Numbered from the whole stretch's first letter, positions 44,765-54,759 are shown. The stretch: DNA of 63,970 nucleotides, filler included, from Myxococcota bacterium (GCA_049322255.1; 4 parts of 4 records of this genome joined end to end with filler, not necessarily neighbours in it), one strand, 5' to 3'. Notes: generated by a model not told the origin, from the sequence alone. A program made the numbers and translations.

Positions 44765-46174
44765 GTGCGTTTCTCCGGGCGGCTGATTCTCGCTTGCGTC
44801 GCCACGGGGTGTGCCTCGACACCACAGCCCCCTCCCGGCGACGAGCTGGAGTGGCCCGAGGGCACGAGCTCAGAAAGGCCCTCGCGCGCCGCCTTCGACG
44901 TGGCCCCGCCGAGCGAAGAAGCCCTCGCTGCCGCCTTTGACGCGCCCTCGCCACCGTCTGCGCCGGCCGCCGCGCCTCGAAGCGTTCCTCCCCAGGCAAC
45001 CACCTCTCCTGTCGACTCTGGTACCGACGCGCGCGCGGCCTTCGCCGATCGTCTGGCGCAGGCCAAGCGGTTGGTGACGGCCAAACGCTATGAAGAAGCC
45101 AAAACGGCGGTGGATGAGCTCCTTCAGCGCTCCGCGACGATGGGCCCTTTCGAGGTCCAGCGCGCCCACGAGTTGCTTTGCACGCTGTCGCTGAAAACGA
45201 AGGACGCCAAGACCGCGCGGTGGGCAGCCGAGAGCTGGTTGGCGGCCTGCGGACCGGAGCGAGTGGACCGCTGCCGCGCTCAGGCGTCGAGGGCATGGAC
45301 CCAGGCCGCCGGGCTTTCTCCGCCGAGCGCTCACTCCCGCGAGCGCATCAAGCAGGTGCGCGCTGCCGACGACTGCGTGCGCCGAGCGGAGCAGACGAAG
45401 AAGGCGTCTGCCGCCTGCTGGACCGCGGCCGTTTCTCTCTACCAGCGAATGCAAGACAACCTCATGCTCGCGCGCGCCCAGCTGGCCAAGGGCATGGCGC
45501 TGGCGGGCGAAGCGAACCGGCTTCAAGAAGCCATCGCCGTGTTGACGCGCGCCGAGCGGCAGTGCCAGGAGCCGCGCTGCTTACCCTTGCGCCGGCGGGC
45601 ACTTCAAACGTTGGCGAACGCTCAGTTGAAAGCCGATGACCCCGAGGGAGCAGCGCGAACTCTCTTGGCCGAGGTGCGCCTCGCCGCCGTCGATCTGCCC
45701 GAGGAGCAAAAGCCCTTCGTTCGCTCCGACAAGCTGGACCGTGTTTGCGCCCGCTTCGACGAGCGTGCGGGGGCGGGCGCTTGCCGCCGGCTGGAGAAGC
45801 AGCTCTACCGCGACTACACCTTCCGCGATTTCTCCCTGGAACGGTCGGGCCAGGGGCTCTCCTCCGAACGGGTGAAGGCGGTGAACGAGCACTTCTCGGT
45901 GCTGCTCCAAGAGTGCCTCGCCCACGAAGCCGAGCGCCTGGTTCCTCCGGCGTCAGAGAGGTACGACATCCGCTGGATGGTCACCCGCGAGGGCAGGGTC
46001 GATCAGGTGACGATGGGCCGTAAGGATCAACAAGACAGCCCCCTGGCCACCTGCTTACGGCAGCAGTTCAAGACCTGGCGCTACCCTCGCTACGAGGGCG
46101 AGGCGCAGCACGTCGAGCAGTCGTTCACCCTCAATGCCCGCGAGCGACGCACCGTCGGAAGCTATCATCCGTAG
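44765..46174 (+). CDS. Lipoprotein with helical Cys-paired region and AgmX/PglI-like C-terminal domain
   Basis: ATGC lipobox; C-terminal LQECL...WMVTREGRV...CLRQQFKTWRYP. Confidence 0.7.
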   Translation: MRFSGRLILACVATGCASTPQPPPGDELEWPEGTSSERPSRAAFDVAPPSEEALAAAFDAPSPPSAPAAAPRSVPPQATTSPVDSGTDARAAFADRLAQAKRLVTAKRYEEAKTAVDELLQRSATMGPFEVQRAHELLCTLSLKTKDAKTARWAAESWLAACGPERVDRCRAQASRAWTQAAGLSPPSAHSRERIKQVRAADDCVRRAEQTKKASAACWTAAVSLYQRMQDNLMLARAQLAKGMALAGEANRLQEAIAVLTRAERQCQEPRCLPLRRRALQTLANAQLKADDPEGAARTLLAEVRLAAVDLPEEQKPFVRSDKLDRVCARFDERAGAGACRRLEKQLYRDYTFRDFSLERSGQGLSSERVKAVNEHFSVLLQECLAHEAERLVPPASERYDIRWMVTREGRVDQVTMGRKDQQDSPLATCLRQQFKTWRYPRYEGEAQHVEQSFTLNARERRTVGSYHP

Positions 46175-46177
46175 ACC

Positions 46178-46204
46178 CCTCCTCTCCCAAAAGGGAGAGG
46201 GAGG
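46178..46204. repeat. BoxC-like hairpin between convergent genes
   Basis: CCTCCTCTCCCAAAAGGGAGAGGGAGG. Confidence 0.7.
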
Positions 46205-46207
46205 CTC

Positions 46208-47374
46208 TCACAGCAACAGGCGCATGGGGTGCTCGAGGAGCGACTGGAGCTCTCTTACGTATTGGGCCCCGAGGGCACCGTCGATGACACGGTGGTCTCC
46301 CGAGAAGGTGATGGACATCATCTGCCGCACCACCATCTGTCCTTCGCGTACGACCACCCTCGGAGTCACCGCCCCCACGGCGAGAATCGCCGGCTGCGGA
46401 GGGTTGATCACCGCCACGAACGAGTCGACGCCGAACATCCCCAGGTTGGAGACGGTGATCGACCCACCGGTGTACTCCTCGGGGCGCAGCTTCCGCGCTC
46501 GGGCGCGCTCGGCGTAGTCGCGCATCTCGGCGCTGATCTGCGCCAGCCCTTTTTGATCGGCGTCGCGAATCACCGGGGTGAGGAGCCCCTCGTCGAGCGC
46601 CACCGCCACCCCCACGTCGATGTTGCGTAGCTTGAGCACCCGGTCGCCCTGGAATTGGACGTTGATGCGCGGGAAGCGCCGCACCGCCATTGCCGCCGCC
46701 TTCACCACCACGTCGTTCAGCGACACCTTGGTGTCGAGCGCCTTCGCCTCCTCGCGAATTTTCATCGCCGCGTCCATCTCCACCTCGACGGCGAGGTAGA
46801 AGTGCGGCACTTCGCGCTTGGCCTGGGTCATGCGCTCGGCGATCACCTTGCGCATGGAGGACAAGGGCAACGCTTCGGGCTCGACGCGCTCGAACGCGCG
46901 CGCCACCCATGCCGGAGGGCGCGCTGCCGGGGGGCCTACTGCCAGCGCCTGCTCGACGTCGCGCTTGATGATTCTCCCCGCCGGGCCGGTGCCGCTCACG
47001 CGCGACAGCTCGAGCCCCCCCTCGCGCGCCATCTTCTTGGCCAAGGGCGAGGCGCGAAGACGAGCTCCAGCGGGCGCAGCCTCGAAAACCTCCTTCTTCA
47101 CCGGCTTCGTCTCTGGCTTTCCCTCCACCTTTTCGCCCTTGGCTCCGATGAAGGCGATCGGCTCGCCCACTGGCGCCGAAGCGCCCTCCCCCACCACGAC
47201 CTTGACCAGGAACCCGTCCTCGTACGACTCGACCTCGAGGTTCGCCTTGTCCGTCTCCACCTCGGCGATCGCCTCACCGGAGGACACCTTCTCTCCTTCC
47301 TTCTTCAACCAGCGGGTGATTTTCCCCTCCTTCATCGTCGGGGAGAGCGCGGGCATCTGTACCGGGGTCGCCAT
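46208..47374 (-). CDS. pdhC: Pyruvate dehydrogenase E2, dihydrolipoamide acetyltransferase
   Basis: MPALSPTM, ETDKA lipoyl site, ASPLAKK E3-binding domain, DHRVIDG. Confidence 0.96.
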   Translation of the reverse strand: MATPVQMPALSPTMKEGKITRWLKKEGEKVSSGEAIAEVETDKANLEVESYEDGFLVKVVVGEGASAPVGEPIAFIGAKGEKVEGKPETKPVKKEVFEAAPAGARLRASPLAKKMAREGGLELSRVSGTGPAGRIIKRDVEQALAVGPPAARPPAWVARAFERVEPEALPLSSMRKVIAERMTQAKREVPHFYLAVEVEMDAAMKIREEAKALDTKVSLNDVVVKAAAMAVRRFPRINVQFQGDRVLKLRNIDVGVAVALDEGLLTPVIRDADQKGLAQISAEMRDYAERARARKLRPEEYTGGSITVSNLGMFGVDSFVAVINPPQPAILAVGAVTPRVVVREGQMVVRQMMSITFSGDHRVIDGALGAQYVRELQSLLEHPMRLLL

Positions 47375-47376
47375 GC

Positions 47377-48363
47377 TCACTCCTCCTCGAGGTAGAGAAC
47401 CTTCTTCACCCCACGAACGATGCGCGCGGGGTTGGGCTCGATCGCGGTCTCGAGGTTCGCCGCGTACGACATCGGCACGTCGAGGCCGGTGACGCGCTCC
47501 ACCGGGGCGTCGAGGTCGTCGAACGCCTCACGCTGAATGAGGTCCACCAGCTGAGCGCCGAAGCCGCCGTGGGGCCAGCCCTCCTCCACCACCACCACGC
47601 GGTGAGTCTTCCGAGCCGCGGCCAAGACCGCCTCCTCGTCCAAGGGGCGCAACGAGCGCAGGTCGAGCAAGTTGACCGAGATGCCCATGTCCTCCAGCGC
47701 CTTCGCCGCCTCTTCGGCGTAGTAGTACATGCGCGACCAGGTGATGACGCTCACGTCGGTGCCCGCACGCTTCAAGTCGGCCTTGCCGATGGGCACCAGG
47801 TGCTCCCCTTCGAGGACGTCACCTTTCACCGAGTAGAGCCGCTCGGCCTCGAACATCACCACCGGGTTCTCGTCGCGGATGGCCGCCTTGAGCAGACCCT
47901 TGGCATCGGCGGGTGTGGCCGGGGCGACGACCTTGATGCCCGGCCAATTGGCGTACACGTTGTCGAACACCTGGGAATGCTGCGAGGAGAGCCGGCCTCC
48001 CGCGCCCGCCGGCCCGCGGAAGACGATGGGGCAGCGCAGCTGGCCGCCCGACATGTGGCGCAGCTTCGCCGCGTTGTTGAGGATCTGGTCCATCGCCAGC
48101 ACGGCGAAGTTCCAGGTCATCATCTCGATCACCGGGCGCAGGCCGACCATCGCCGCCCCGGTGCCCAGGCCGGTGAAGCCCAGCTCGGAGATGGGCGCGT
48201 CCACCACCCGGGCGCTGCCGAATTTCTCCAAAAGCCCCTGCGACACCTTGAACGCCCCCTGGTACCGGCCGACTTCTTCTCCCATCAAGAAGACGCGGGC
48301 GTCGCGCTCCATCTCCTCGGCAAGCGCCTGGTTCAGCGCCTCGCGGTACGAGAGCTCGGCCAT
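47377..48363 (-). CDS. pdhB: Pyruvate dehydrogenase E1 beta subunit
   Basis: GEEVGRYQGAFK, DAPISE, PIVFRGP, QHSQ. Confidence 0.96.
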   Translation of the reverse strand: MAELSYREALNQALAEEMERDARVFLMGEEVGRYQGAFKVSQGLLEKFGSARVVDAPISELGFTGLGTGAAMVGLRPVIEMMTWNFAVLAMDQILNNAAKLRHMSGGQLRCPIVFRGPAGAGGRLSSQHSQVFDNVYANWPGIKVVAPATPADAKGLLKAAIRDENPVVMFEAERLYSVKGDVLEGEHLVPIGKADLKRAGTDVSVITWSRMYYYAEEAAKALEDMGISVNLLDLRSLRPLDEEAVLAAARKTHRVVVVEEGWPHGGFGAQLVDLIQREAFDDLDAPVERVTGLDVPMSYAANLETAIEPNPARIVRGVKKVLYLEEE

Positions 48364-49544
48364 CAGCGGGCCTCCTTCCCGTTGCGGCGCTCTTTTTGCG
48401 GCACGCTCTGCCCCTCTTCCGCACGGGAGGAAGCCTGAGCGCGCCTTTCACCGAGCGACCGAGCCGGCGGCTCCAACTCCCAGGTCACCTCGAGATCGGC
48501 GTCGCCCGGGTAGCTCGGCCAGCTCACGTCCTTGGCGCCCAGCACGCGCTCGCGGGGGCGCACGTCGTCTTCGCCTTCTTCGACGATGACGTCACGCCAC
48601 AGCTCGTCGAGCGAAGGCTGGGCAGACTCGTCAGCGAACCTCGCCGCCTCAGCCGCGGTTTTCTTCATCTGCTCGTCGATGGCGTGAAGCTCGGCTTCTT
48701 TGGCCGCTTTTGCTTTGAGGATCGCCGCGCGCAGCTTGGGGATGGGGTCGTTTCGCTGCTCCTCCTCCACCTCCTGCTTGGTGCGGTAGGTCGCAGGGTC
48801 GGCCATCGAGTGGCCCTTGAAGCGGTAGGTCGCCGCCTCGAGCAGCACGGGCCCCTTTCCCGCCCGAGCGTAGGCAGCGGCGTCGGCCACTGCCTCCCAG
48901 ACCTTGATCACGTCCATGCCGTCGACCTTTTCTGCGCGCATGGCGTAGGCGTGGGCGCGCTTGTGAATTTCGGGCACCGCCGACACCCGGTCGATCGCCG
49001 TGCCCATGCCGTAGCGGTTGTTCTCGCAGACGTAGATGACCGGCAGCTTCCACTTCGACGCCATGTTCAGCGTCTCGTGGAAAGAGCCCTGGTTGGCGGC
49101 CGCCTCTCCGAAGAAGCACACGGTAACCCGGTCTTCGTTGCGGTAGCGGGAGGCGAAGGCCATGCCGGCGGCGAGCGGAATTTGCCCGCCGACGATGCCG
49201 TAGCCTCCGTAGAAGTGGTGCTCGACGTCGAACAGATGCATCGAGCCGCCCTTACCCTTGCTGTAGCCCGCGTCGCGGCCGAAGAGCTCGGCCATCACCA
49301 TGCCCGGATCGGCGCCGCGGGCCAGGGCGTGACCATGCTCGCGGTAGGCCGCCAGCACGTAGTCGTCGGGGCGCAGCGCGTCGATGGCACCCACCGCCAC
49401 CGCCTCCTCGCCGATGTACAGATGACAGAAGCCGGCGATCTTCCCCAGGCCGTACTGCTGGCCGGCCCGCTCTTCGAAGCGGCGGATCAAGGTCATCTTC
49501 CGGTACATCGACAAGAGGATGTCGTTGGGCGGAACGCTGGGCAC
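48363..49544 (-). CDS. pdhA: Pyruvate dehydrogenase E1 alpha subunit
   Basis: GFCHLYIGEEA, GKGGSMH, GEAA...NN TPP motif, YRFKGHSMADP. Confidence 0.96.
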   Translation of the reverse strand: MPSVPPNDILLSMYRKMTLIRRFEERAGQQYGLGKIAGFCHLYIGEEAVAVGAIDALRPDDYVLAAYREHGHALARGADPGMVMAELFGRDAGYSKGKGGSMHLFDVEHHFYGGYGIVGGQIPLAAGMAFASRYRNEDRVTVCFFGEAAANQGSFHETLNMASKWKLPVIYVCENNRYGMGTAIDRVSAVPEIHKRAHAYAMRAEKVDGMDVIKVWEAVADAAAYARAGKGPVLLEAATYRFKGHSMADPATYRTKQEVEEEQRNDPIPKLRAAILKAKAAKEAELHAIDEQMKKTAAEAARFADESAQPSLDELWRDVIVEEGEDDVRPRERVLGAKDVSWPSYPGDADLEVTWELEPPARSLGERRAQASSRAEEGQSVPQKERRNGKEAR

Positions 49545-49618
49545 ACTCGCCTCCGTCAGAGTGGGCGGTGCATAGCAGAGCTCTCGGCGATTCGCGCCGT
49601 TTTAGAAGCACCGAGCGT

Positions 49619-50353
49619 TCAGGGCAGGTCGAAGTGCGGCACGCTCACCACGTGCTCGAGAATCTCGACCGGACGGCCTGAGTGGTCGGTGGCGAGGTGA
49701 ACGGCGAGCGCGTCAGGAAACTGTCGCGCGTAGTCGTTGACGTGGGTGGGCTCGTTGTCGAACGCGGCGATGAGCGTACCCAAGGCGCCCAGCCGGGCGT
49801 GGGCCTCTCGCTTCCAGTCGTCGTCGGTCATCTGGAAGGTGGGCTTCATCAAGAGGTGTACCTTGCCGCCGGGAGTGGCCATTCCTGCTTTGCGCATCGA
49901 CTCCACCGAGCCTACGCGCATCGCTTCGTGGCGACCGGTGACGTAGGCCACCGTCGCACCGGTCTCGACCACCTCGCGCAGGTACTCCGGGGCCCCGGCG
50001 ATGGGCACGTCGTCGACGCAGTACTCGCTGGTGAAGAAACGTTCGAGCCAGAACGCCTTCGCGTCCCGGTACAGCCCTTCGGCCTCGCTGGAAGAAAGGC
50101 CGCACGCCACCATCGCCGCCTTCATGTCCCAACCCGACACCCAGTGCTCCGCCGCGCAGCGGGTCAAGGCAGAGACTTTTCGGGCGGCGCCAAACTCGCG
50201 CAGGATTCGCGCCTGCCTCGGGCGGTTATCGAAGAGAGTGGAGTCGAGGTCGAAGGCGAGCAACGCCGGGCCACCCAGCGCGCGCGCCTTGTCGAGCACG
50301 CCGCGAAGCACGCTGGGCCAGTCGGAACGGATGCGATTCTTGAAGTCGGTCAC
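49619..50353 (-). CDS. HAD-superfamily hydrolase (acid phosphatase-like)
   Basis: FDLDSTLFD, YVTGR, MKP, FDNEP. Confidence 0.85.
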   Translation of the reverse strand: MTDFKNRIRSDWPSVLRGVLDKARALGGPALLAFDLDSTLFDNRPRQARILREFGAARKVSALTRCAAEHWVSGWDMKAAMVACGLSSSEAEGLYRDAKAFWLERFFTSEYCVDDVPIAGAPEYLREVVETGATVAYVTGRHEAMRVGSVESMRKAGMATPGGKVHLLMKPTFQMTDDDWKREAHARLGALGTLIAAFDNEPTHVNDYARQFPDALAVHLATDHSGRPVEILEHVVSVPHFDLP

Positions 50354-50359
50354 GGTCCC

Positions 50360-51916
50360 CTACGCCGCCGGCCGTACCGGCGAGCTGCCTTCGGGGTCGA
50401 AGCGCACCATACGCTTGAGCCCATTGCGATCGAGCACCAGCCGCACCAATTGCAGCGAGGTGCGTTTGGTGTCGGCGTCGTCGACGAAAAACCGGAACGC
50501 CAAATCTATCTGATAGCTCTTGGCCGCCTTCACCCGGCCGATGGAGAAGTCCTCGAGGTCGACGTACTCCAGCGCGTACTCGGGGTCGTCCATGTCGCGC
50601 AAGAGCCGGTCGACGTTGAGCCGAATGATGTCGGTGACGCCCGAGACGATGCCGCCCCCCATGCGCGGCAGCATCTCCGATTCGAGGTCGATCTGCTTTT
50701 GGTAGCGAATCACCATCTCCGCCAGCTCACCCTGGGACACCGTGACGAAGTCGTCGGTTCGGCGCAGCTCGGTGATCTCCGGAGGCACCGTCACCGCCCG
50801 CCCGTAGTCGACTTTCTCCTTGCACACCCCCACTTCCTCCTTGGTCACCGGGTCGATGATGCGGGTGGTGCGGTCGAAGAGGTGCTTGGAGGCGAAGGTC
50901 TGGAAGATGTGCCTCAGGCCTTCCTTGATCCGGTCTTTGAACATGTAGCCCACGACCAGGATGAGAAAGAAGTTGAAGGACACCTGAGGAAAGCGCAGCT
51001 GGGCGGCGAAGGCCACCGCGGTGGCGAAGGCCATGGCGAGCCCGGCGGCCATGGCGAAGAGCAGCTCCTCCCAATTCTTGCGGGCCGAGCCGCGCCGCAC
51101 CGCGAGGAAGAGGATGTTCATGCAAAATTTTTTCAAGAAGCCGATCCGGTGCATGTACTCCTCGTTGTCACCGGTGGGAGAGATGACGCTGCGTAAGTTG
51201 TTCTCGATCCGGTAGGCCTCCTCCGCGACCACCGCGGACATCAGCTCCTTGCGCACATCGATGTACACCCCGGTCCGTGGAATGCGCTCCATGTCCGCGA
51301 CCGCCTTGCGGAAGAACTGCTCGAGCGAGAGGCTCATGTACTCGTCGACCAGACGCAAGGAAGCCTTGGTCTTCTCCTCGAGGGCGTACTTGCCCAAGGC
51401 GCGGGTGACGTCCCGGAAGCGCTCGAACATCCGCTGCACCTGCGCGAGGGTCTCGCGCACCAACACCGGCAACGCCTGGCCGTGCGTCGCCTGCGGCTCA
51501 CTCCCTGCGGGCACCGAGCAGGAGACGTCGACCTCGCGCACGAAGCGGCGCAGCCCGCCGCGCAAGACGCAGCTGAGCATCTTCGCGTCGTAGACCAGCT
51601 CGCTTTCCGGGTGGAGCTGAGCCGTCTTCAGCTTCTCTTCCAGCTTGACCAGGGGAGAGTGCTCGGCGGTGAGCAGCTCTTCGAAGCTGAGCACCGGCGT
51701 CTTCAGCCGTACGTAGTTGTGAATGTCTGCGTAGAAGTCGTCGCGCGGGTAGGTGTCTTGATCGACGTTGAGGCTCGCCGGCAAGAAGATGTACGTCTCG
51801 ACCAGGTATTTCGAGCTCGGGTCGCTCCCTGACGGTTGGTACTCGAGCTTGATCTCGAACTGCTTGCGATCGTGAATGTCGAGCCGCTTCTGCAGGAGCG
51901 GCTCGGCGGACGGCAT
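50360..51916 (-). CDS. Hypothetical membrane protein
   Basis: Long ORF with high GC3; helical N-terminus, two central TMs followed by GYMFKDRIKE; start uncertain. Confidence 0.75.
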   Translation of the reverse strand: MPSAEPLLQKRLDIHDRKQFEIKLEYQPSGSDPSSKYLVETYIFLPASLNVDQDTYPRDDFYADIHNYVRLKTPVLSFEELLTAEHSPLVKLEEKLKTAQLHPESELVYDAKMLSCVLRGGLRRFVREVDVSCSVPAGSEPQATHGQALPVLVRETLAQVQRMFERFRDVTRALGKYALEEKTKASLRLVDEYMSLSLEQFFRKAVADMERIPRTGVYIDVRKELMSAVVAEEAYRIENNLRSVISPTGDNEEYMHRIGFLKKFCMNILFLAVRRGSARKNWEELLFAMAAGLAMAFATAVAFAAQLRFPQVSFNFFLILVVGYMFKDRIKEGLRHIFQTFASKHLFDRTTRIIDPVTKEEVGVCKEKVDYGRAVTVPPEITELRRTDDFVTVSQGELAEMVIRYQKQIDLESEMLPRMGGGIVSGVTDIIRLNVDRLLRDMDDPEYALEYVDLEDFSIGRVKAAKSYQIDLAFRFFVDDADTKRTSLQLVRLVLDRNGLKRMVRFDPEGSSPVRPAA

Positions 51917-52059
51917 GCGCACAACGGGCACTTTAGTCACGATTGTGTCACGGCGCACCTTGCCGCCTTCGCGACGCGCTGCGGCGAGGCTTCGCCCTCG
52001 ATTGTCATCGCCCAAAGCGAAACGCTAAGGTGCGTCGGCCTTTTTCCCCGGAGAGAGTG

Positions 52060-53532
52060 ATGCCGCTTCCCAAGTGGGCGAGCGATCTGTTGCCCATCGT
52101 CATCCTTTTGGCGGTCATCGGCCTCGTCTTGTGGCGGCTGCCCAAGGTGCAACTCGGTCACAGCGACGCCTTCAAGCGGCGGAGGTTCTTCAACTGGTTC
52201 CCGCTGGGGATGACGTACGCCTTCCTTTACTTCGGCCGCTACAACATCAATGAGGCCACCAGTGCGCTGGGCAAGCTGACCGACAACTCGGCCTTCGGGA
52301 CGATCTTCGCCGTCGGCGCCTGGGTGTACGGCTGCTCGTTCATCATCAATGGCCCCCTCACCGACCAGCTGGGTGGGCGCAAGACGATTCTCATCTCCGG
52401 GTTGGGCTCGGCGCTCTCCAACGCGCTGATGGGGGCCTTGGTGTACGGGGTGGTGCGGGAGAGCTGGTCACCGCCGGGCGGCATCGTGCTCTGGCTGTGC
52501 GTGCTCTACGGCCTGAACATGTACTTCCAGAGCTTTGGCGCGGTGTCGATCGTCAAGGTCAACGCGGCTTGGTTCCACGTGCGCGAGCGAGGGGTGCAGG
52601 GCGGGGTCTTCGGCATTCTCATCTCGCTGGGCATCTACTTCGGCTACGACTGGAGCCGGGCGATTGTACGAGCCGCACCGGACGCTCCCTACCTCGCCTT
52701 TTTCGTGCCCGCGGCCGTCCTGGTCGCCATGTTTCTCGTCGGGCTCTTGCTCATCAAAGACACGCCCAGCGAAGCCGGGTTCGAGGACTTCGACGTGGCG
52801 GACGCTTCGTCGGGCGAGTCGAGCCAGCGCGTGGGCGTGGTGCCCGTCTTCGTGTCGATGGTGAAGAACCCCATCATCATGATCATCGTGGCCATCGAGT
52901 TCTGTACCGGCTTCCTGCGCAACGGGGTGATGTCTTGGTACCCCAAGTTCGCCAAGGCGGTAGGAACGAGCGAGTCGTTCGTGGCCGCGAACTGGGGAAT
53001 GCTCCTGTGCGTGTTCGGGATCATCGGGGGGATGTTTGCCGGAGTGATTTCCGACCGCATCTTCCATTCACGCCGGGGCCCAGTGGCCACCGTGCTCTAC
53101 GCGGGAATTTCCCTCGGGGCCATCGCCATGACCTTCTCCTTGGGCTACGGGTGGATCGGCTGGGTCTTGGTCTTCATGGCGCTCAATTACGTCGGGGTGC
53201 ACGGCATGCTCTCGGGCACCGCGAGCGCCGATTTCGGGGGCAAGAAGAACGCGGGCGTGGCGGTGGGGATCATCGACGGCTTCGTCTACCTGGGCACGGG
53301 CTTGCAGTCGCTCATCGTGGGGCAGATTCTCCCCAAGGGAGAGCTGGCCAAGCACCCGGCGAGCTGGAGCTACTGGCCGATCGCCATGCTCCCGGTGGCG
53401 TTCATCGGGCTCTACCTCTGCACCCGGGTGTGGCACGCCAAGCCGCAGCCAAAGGCCGCCCCGGCCCTTGTACCGCAACCGGTCCCTGTCACGGCCGACC
53501 CTCCTTCTCCCTCTGGGAGAGGGATTGGGTGA
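52060..53532 (+). CDS. MFS transporter, GlpT/UhpC (organophosphate) family
   Basis: YFGRYN, NGPLTDQLGGRK, NMYFQSFG, WFHVRERG, GIIDGFVYLG. Confidence 0.88.
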   Translation: MPLPKWASDLLPIVILLAVIGLVLWRLPKVQLGHSDAFKRRRFFNWFPLGMTYAFLYFGRYNINEATSALGKLTDNSAFGTIFAVGAWVYGCSFIINGPLTDQLGGRKTILISGLGSALSNALMGALVYGVVRESWSPPGGIVLWLCVLYGLNMYFQSFGAVSIVKVNAAWFHVRERGVQGGVFGILISLGIYFGYDWSRAIVRAAPDAPYLAFFVPAAVLVAMFLVGLLLIKDTPSEAGFEDFDVADASSGESSQRVGVVPVFVSMVKNPIIMIIVAIEFCTGFLRNGVMSWYPKFAKAVGTSESFVAANWGMLLCVFGIIGGMFAGVISDRIFHSRRGPVATVLYAGISLGAIAMTFSLGYGWIGWVLVFMALNYVGVHGMLSGTASADFGGKKNAGVAVGIIDGFVYLGTGLQSLIVGQILPKGELAKHPASWSYWPIAMLPVAFIGLYLCTRVWHAKPQPKAAPALVPQPVPVTADPPSPSGRGIG

Positions 53533-53592
53533 GGGAACGTCAACTCGTCGAGCCGCTACCCCTCACCCTCGCCCTCTCCCAGAGGGAGAGGG
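53503..53592. repeat. Inverted doublet of BoxC-like repeats supplying both convergent stop codons
   Basis: 53503-53535 forward and 53559-53592 inverted; MFS ends PSPSGRGIG*, NUDIX ends PSPSGRGRG*. Confidence 0.9.
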
Positions 53593-54249
53593 AATCGCGT
53601 CGAGGAAACGGCGCACCGCCAGCTCGGTCTTCGCGTCTTGGATCTCGCCCGAGCGGCAGGCGGAGAGCACCTCGGCGATCGGCCGCCAACGCAAGATGGC
53701 GCTCTCCTCCAGGGGCGAGCCGTCGCCGAGCGCTTCGCCTTGGGCTTTGCCGGTGACGTCGACGGCGGCGAGGTGAATTTTCTCGGAGAGAATTCCCGGC
53801 GCGAGGAAGAAAGGCGCTCCGAGCAGCGTCATCTCTTCGGGGGAGACGACGATGCCCGCTTCCTCGCGCACCTCTTCCGCCGCCCGCACCCTAAGCCCCG
53901 CTTCGCCGACGTCGGCGTGCTCGAGGACCCCGGCAACGATCTCCTCGACGAAGAGGTGCTCGCTCTCGCAGGGGATGCCCGCGGCGCGCTCTTTACGGAA
54001 GTAAGCAGCGGGGCGCAGTTGCATGCGGGTGAGCACCTCAATGCCCGACGAGGAGCGGCGATGCACGAGCACCGCGACCGCGTCGAGCTGCGGCCGGTCG
54101 ATGACGTCGACCCGATAGATGGGCGAGGTCGAACCGTCCGAGCGAAGGTTGCGGCAGCGCAGGCGCTTGAGGCGCAAGAAACCCTCGTCGCAGCGCGCGG
54201 TGGCCGAGAAATCTTCGAGGATTTCGATGCTGCTCACAGGTGCGTGCAT
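53563..54249 (-). CDS. NUDIX hydrolase (ADP-ribose pyrophosphatase-like)
   Basis: EIVAGVLE...[11 protein letters not shown]udix box, PGILSE, IQDAKT. Confidence 0.88.
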   Translation of the reverse strand: MHAPVSSIEILEDFSATARCDEGFLRLKRLRCRNLRSDGSTSPIYRVDVIDRPQLDAVAVLVHRRSSSGIEVLTRMQLRPAAYFRKERAAGIPCESEHLFVEEIVAGVLEHADVGEAGLRVRAAEEVREEAGIVVSPEEMTLLGAPFFLAPGILSEKIHLAAVDVTGKAQGEALGDGSPLEESAILRWRPIAEVLSACRSGEIQDAKTELAVRRFLDAIPSPSGRGRG

Positions 54250-54251
54250 GG

Positions 54252-54506
54252 TTATCGATAGACGTCCTTGCGATGCCCGACCTTGTAGATTCGGACCAGC
54301 TTCGAGGCGTCGTCGATTTCGTAGAGAATCCGATAATCGCCAACGCGAACGCGGTACCCCCCGCGCCCCGTGAGCTTCTTTGCACCCGGCGGCCGAGAGC
54401 TCTGTGCGAGACGAGAAATGGTGCTGCGAATACGTTGACTGGCTTCTTTCGGCAGGTCGAGGAGCTCGCGCACCGCGCGCTCTTCAACCTCGATGTGGAA
54501 GGTCAC
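54252..54506 (-). CDS. Type II TA toxin, RelE/ParE family
   Basis: RPPGAKKLTG, YRVRVGDYRILYEIDD, VGHRKDVYR. Confidence 0.93.
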   Translation of the reverse strand: MTFHIEVEERAVRELLDLPKEASQRIRSTISRLAQSSRPPGAKKLTGRGGYRVRVGDYRILYEIDDASKLVRIYKVGHRKDVYR

Positions 54507-54736
54507 CGACCCTCTCGCTTCTTGAGCTCCTTTTCGACCTCTTTCCAGGAGCTGAAGGAAGTGGCCGTTCTGCGAGCCTCTTCCAACTCGAAGGCGTCGA
54601 GCAGATCCTCGAGCTTTTCTTTAAGGGCTTCGGCCACCACGTGGCTCTTGCGCAGCCCAAACCGGCGGCACACCTTGTCCAGCGCTCGTTTGAGATCTCC
54701 TGGGATCTTCGTCGCAAAGGGTTCGGCGGCAAGCAT
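54503..54736 (-). CDS. Cognate antitoxin (ribbon-helix-helix type)
   Basis: 77 aa; FATKIP beta-strand plus two helices; SWKEVEKEL tail; 4-bp overlap with toxin. Confidence 0.85.
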   Translation of the reverse strand: MLAAEPFATKIPGDLKRALDKVCRRFGLRKSHVVAEALKEKLEDLLDAFELEEARRTATSFSSWKEVEKELKKREGR

Positions 54737-54743
54737 GACAAAA

Positions 54744-54759
54744 GTATACCTAGGTATAC
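54744..54759. promoter_or_regulatory. Putative TA operator
   Basis: Perfect 16-bp palindrome GTATACCTAGGTATAC 7 bp upstream of the antitoxin start. Confidence 0.7.
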
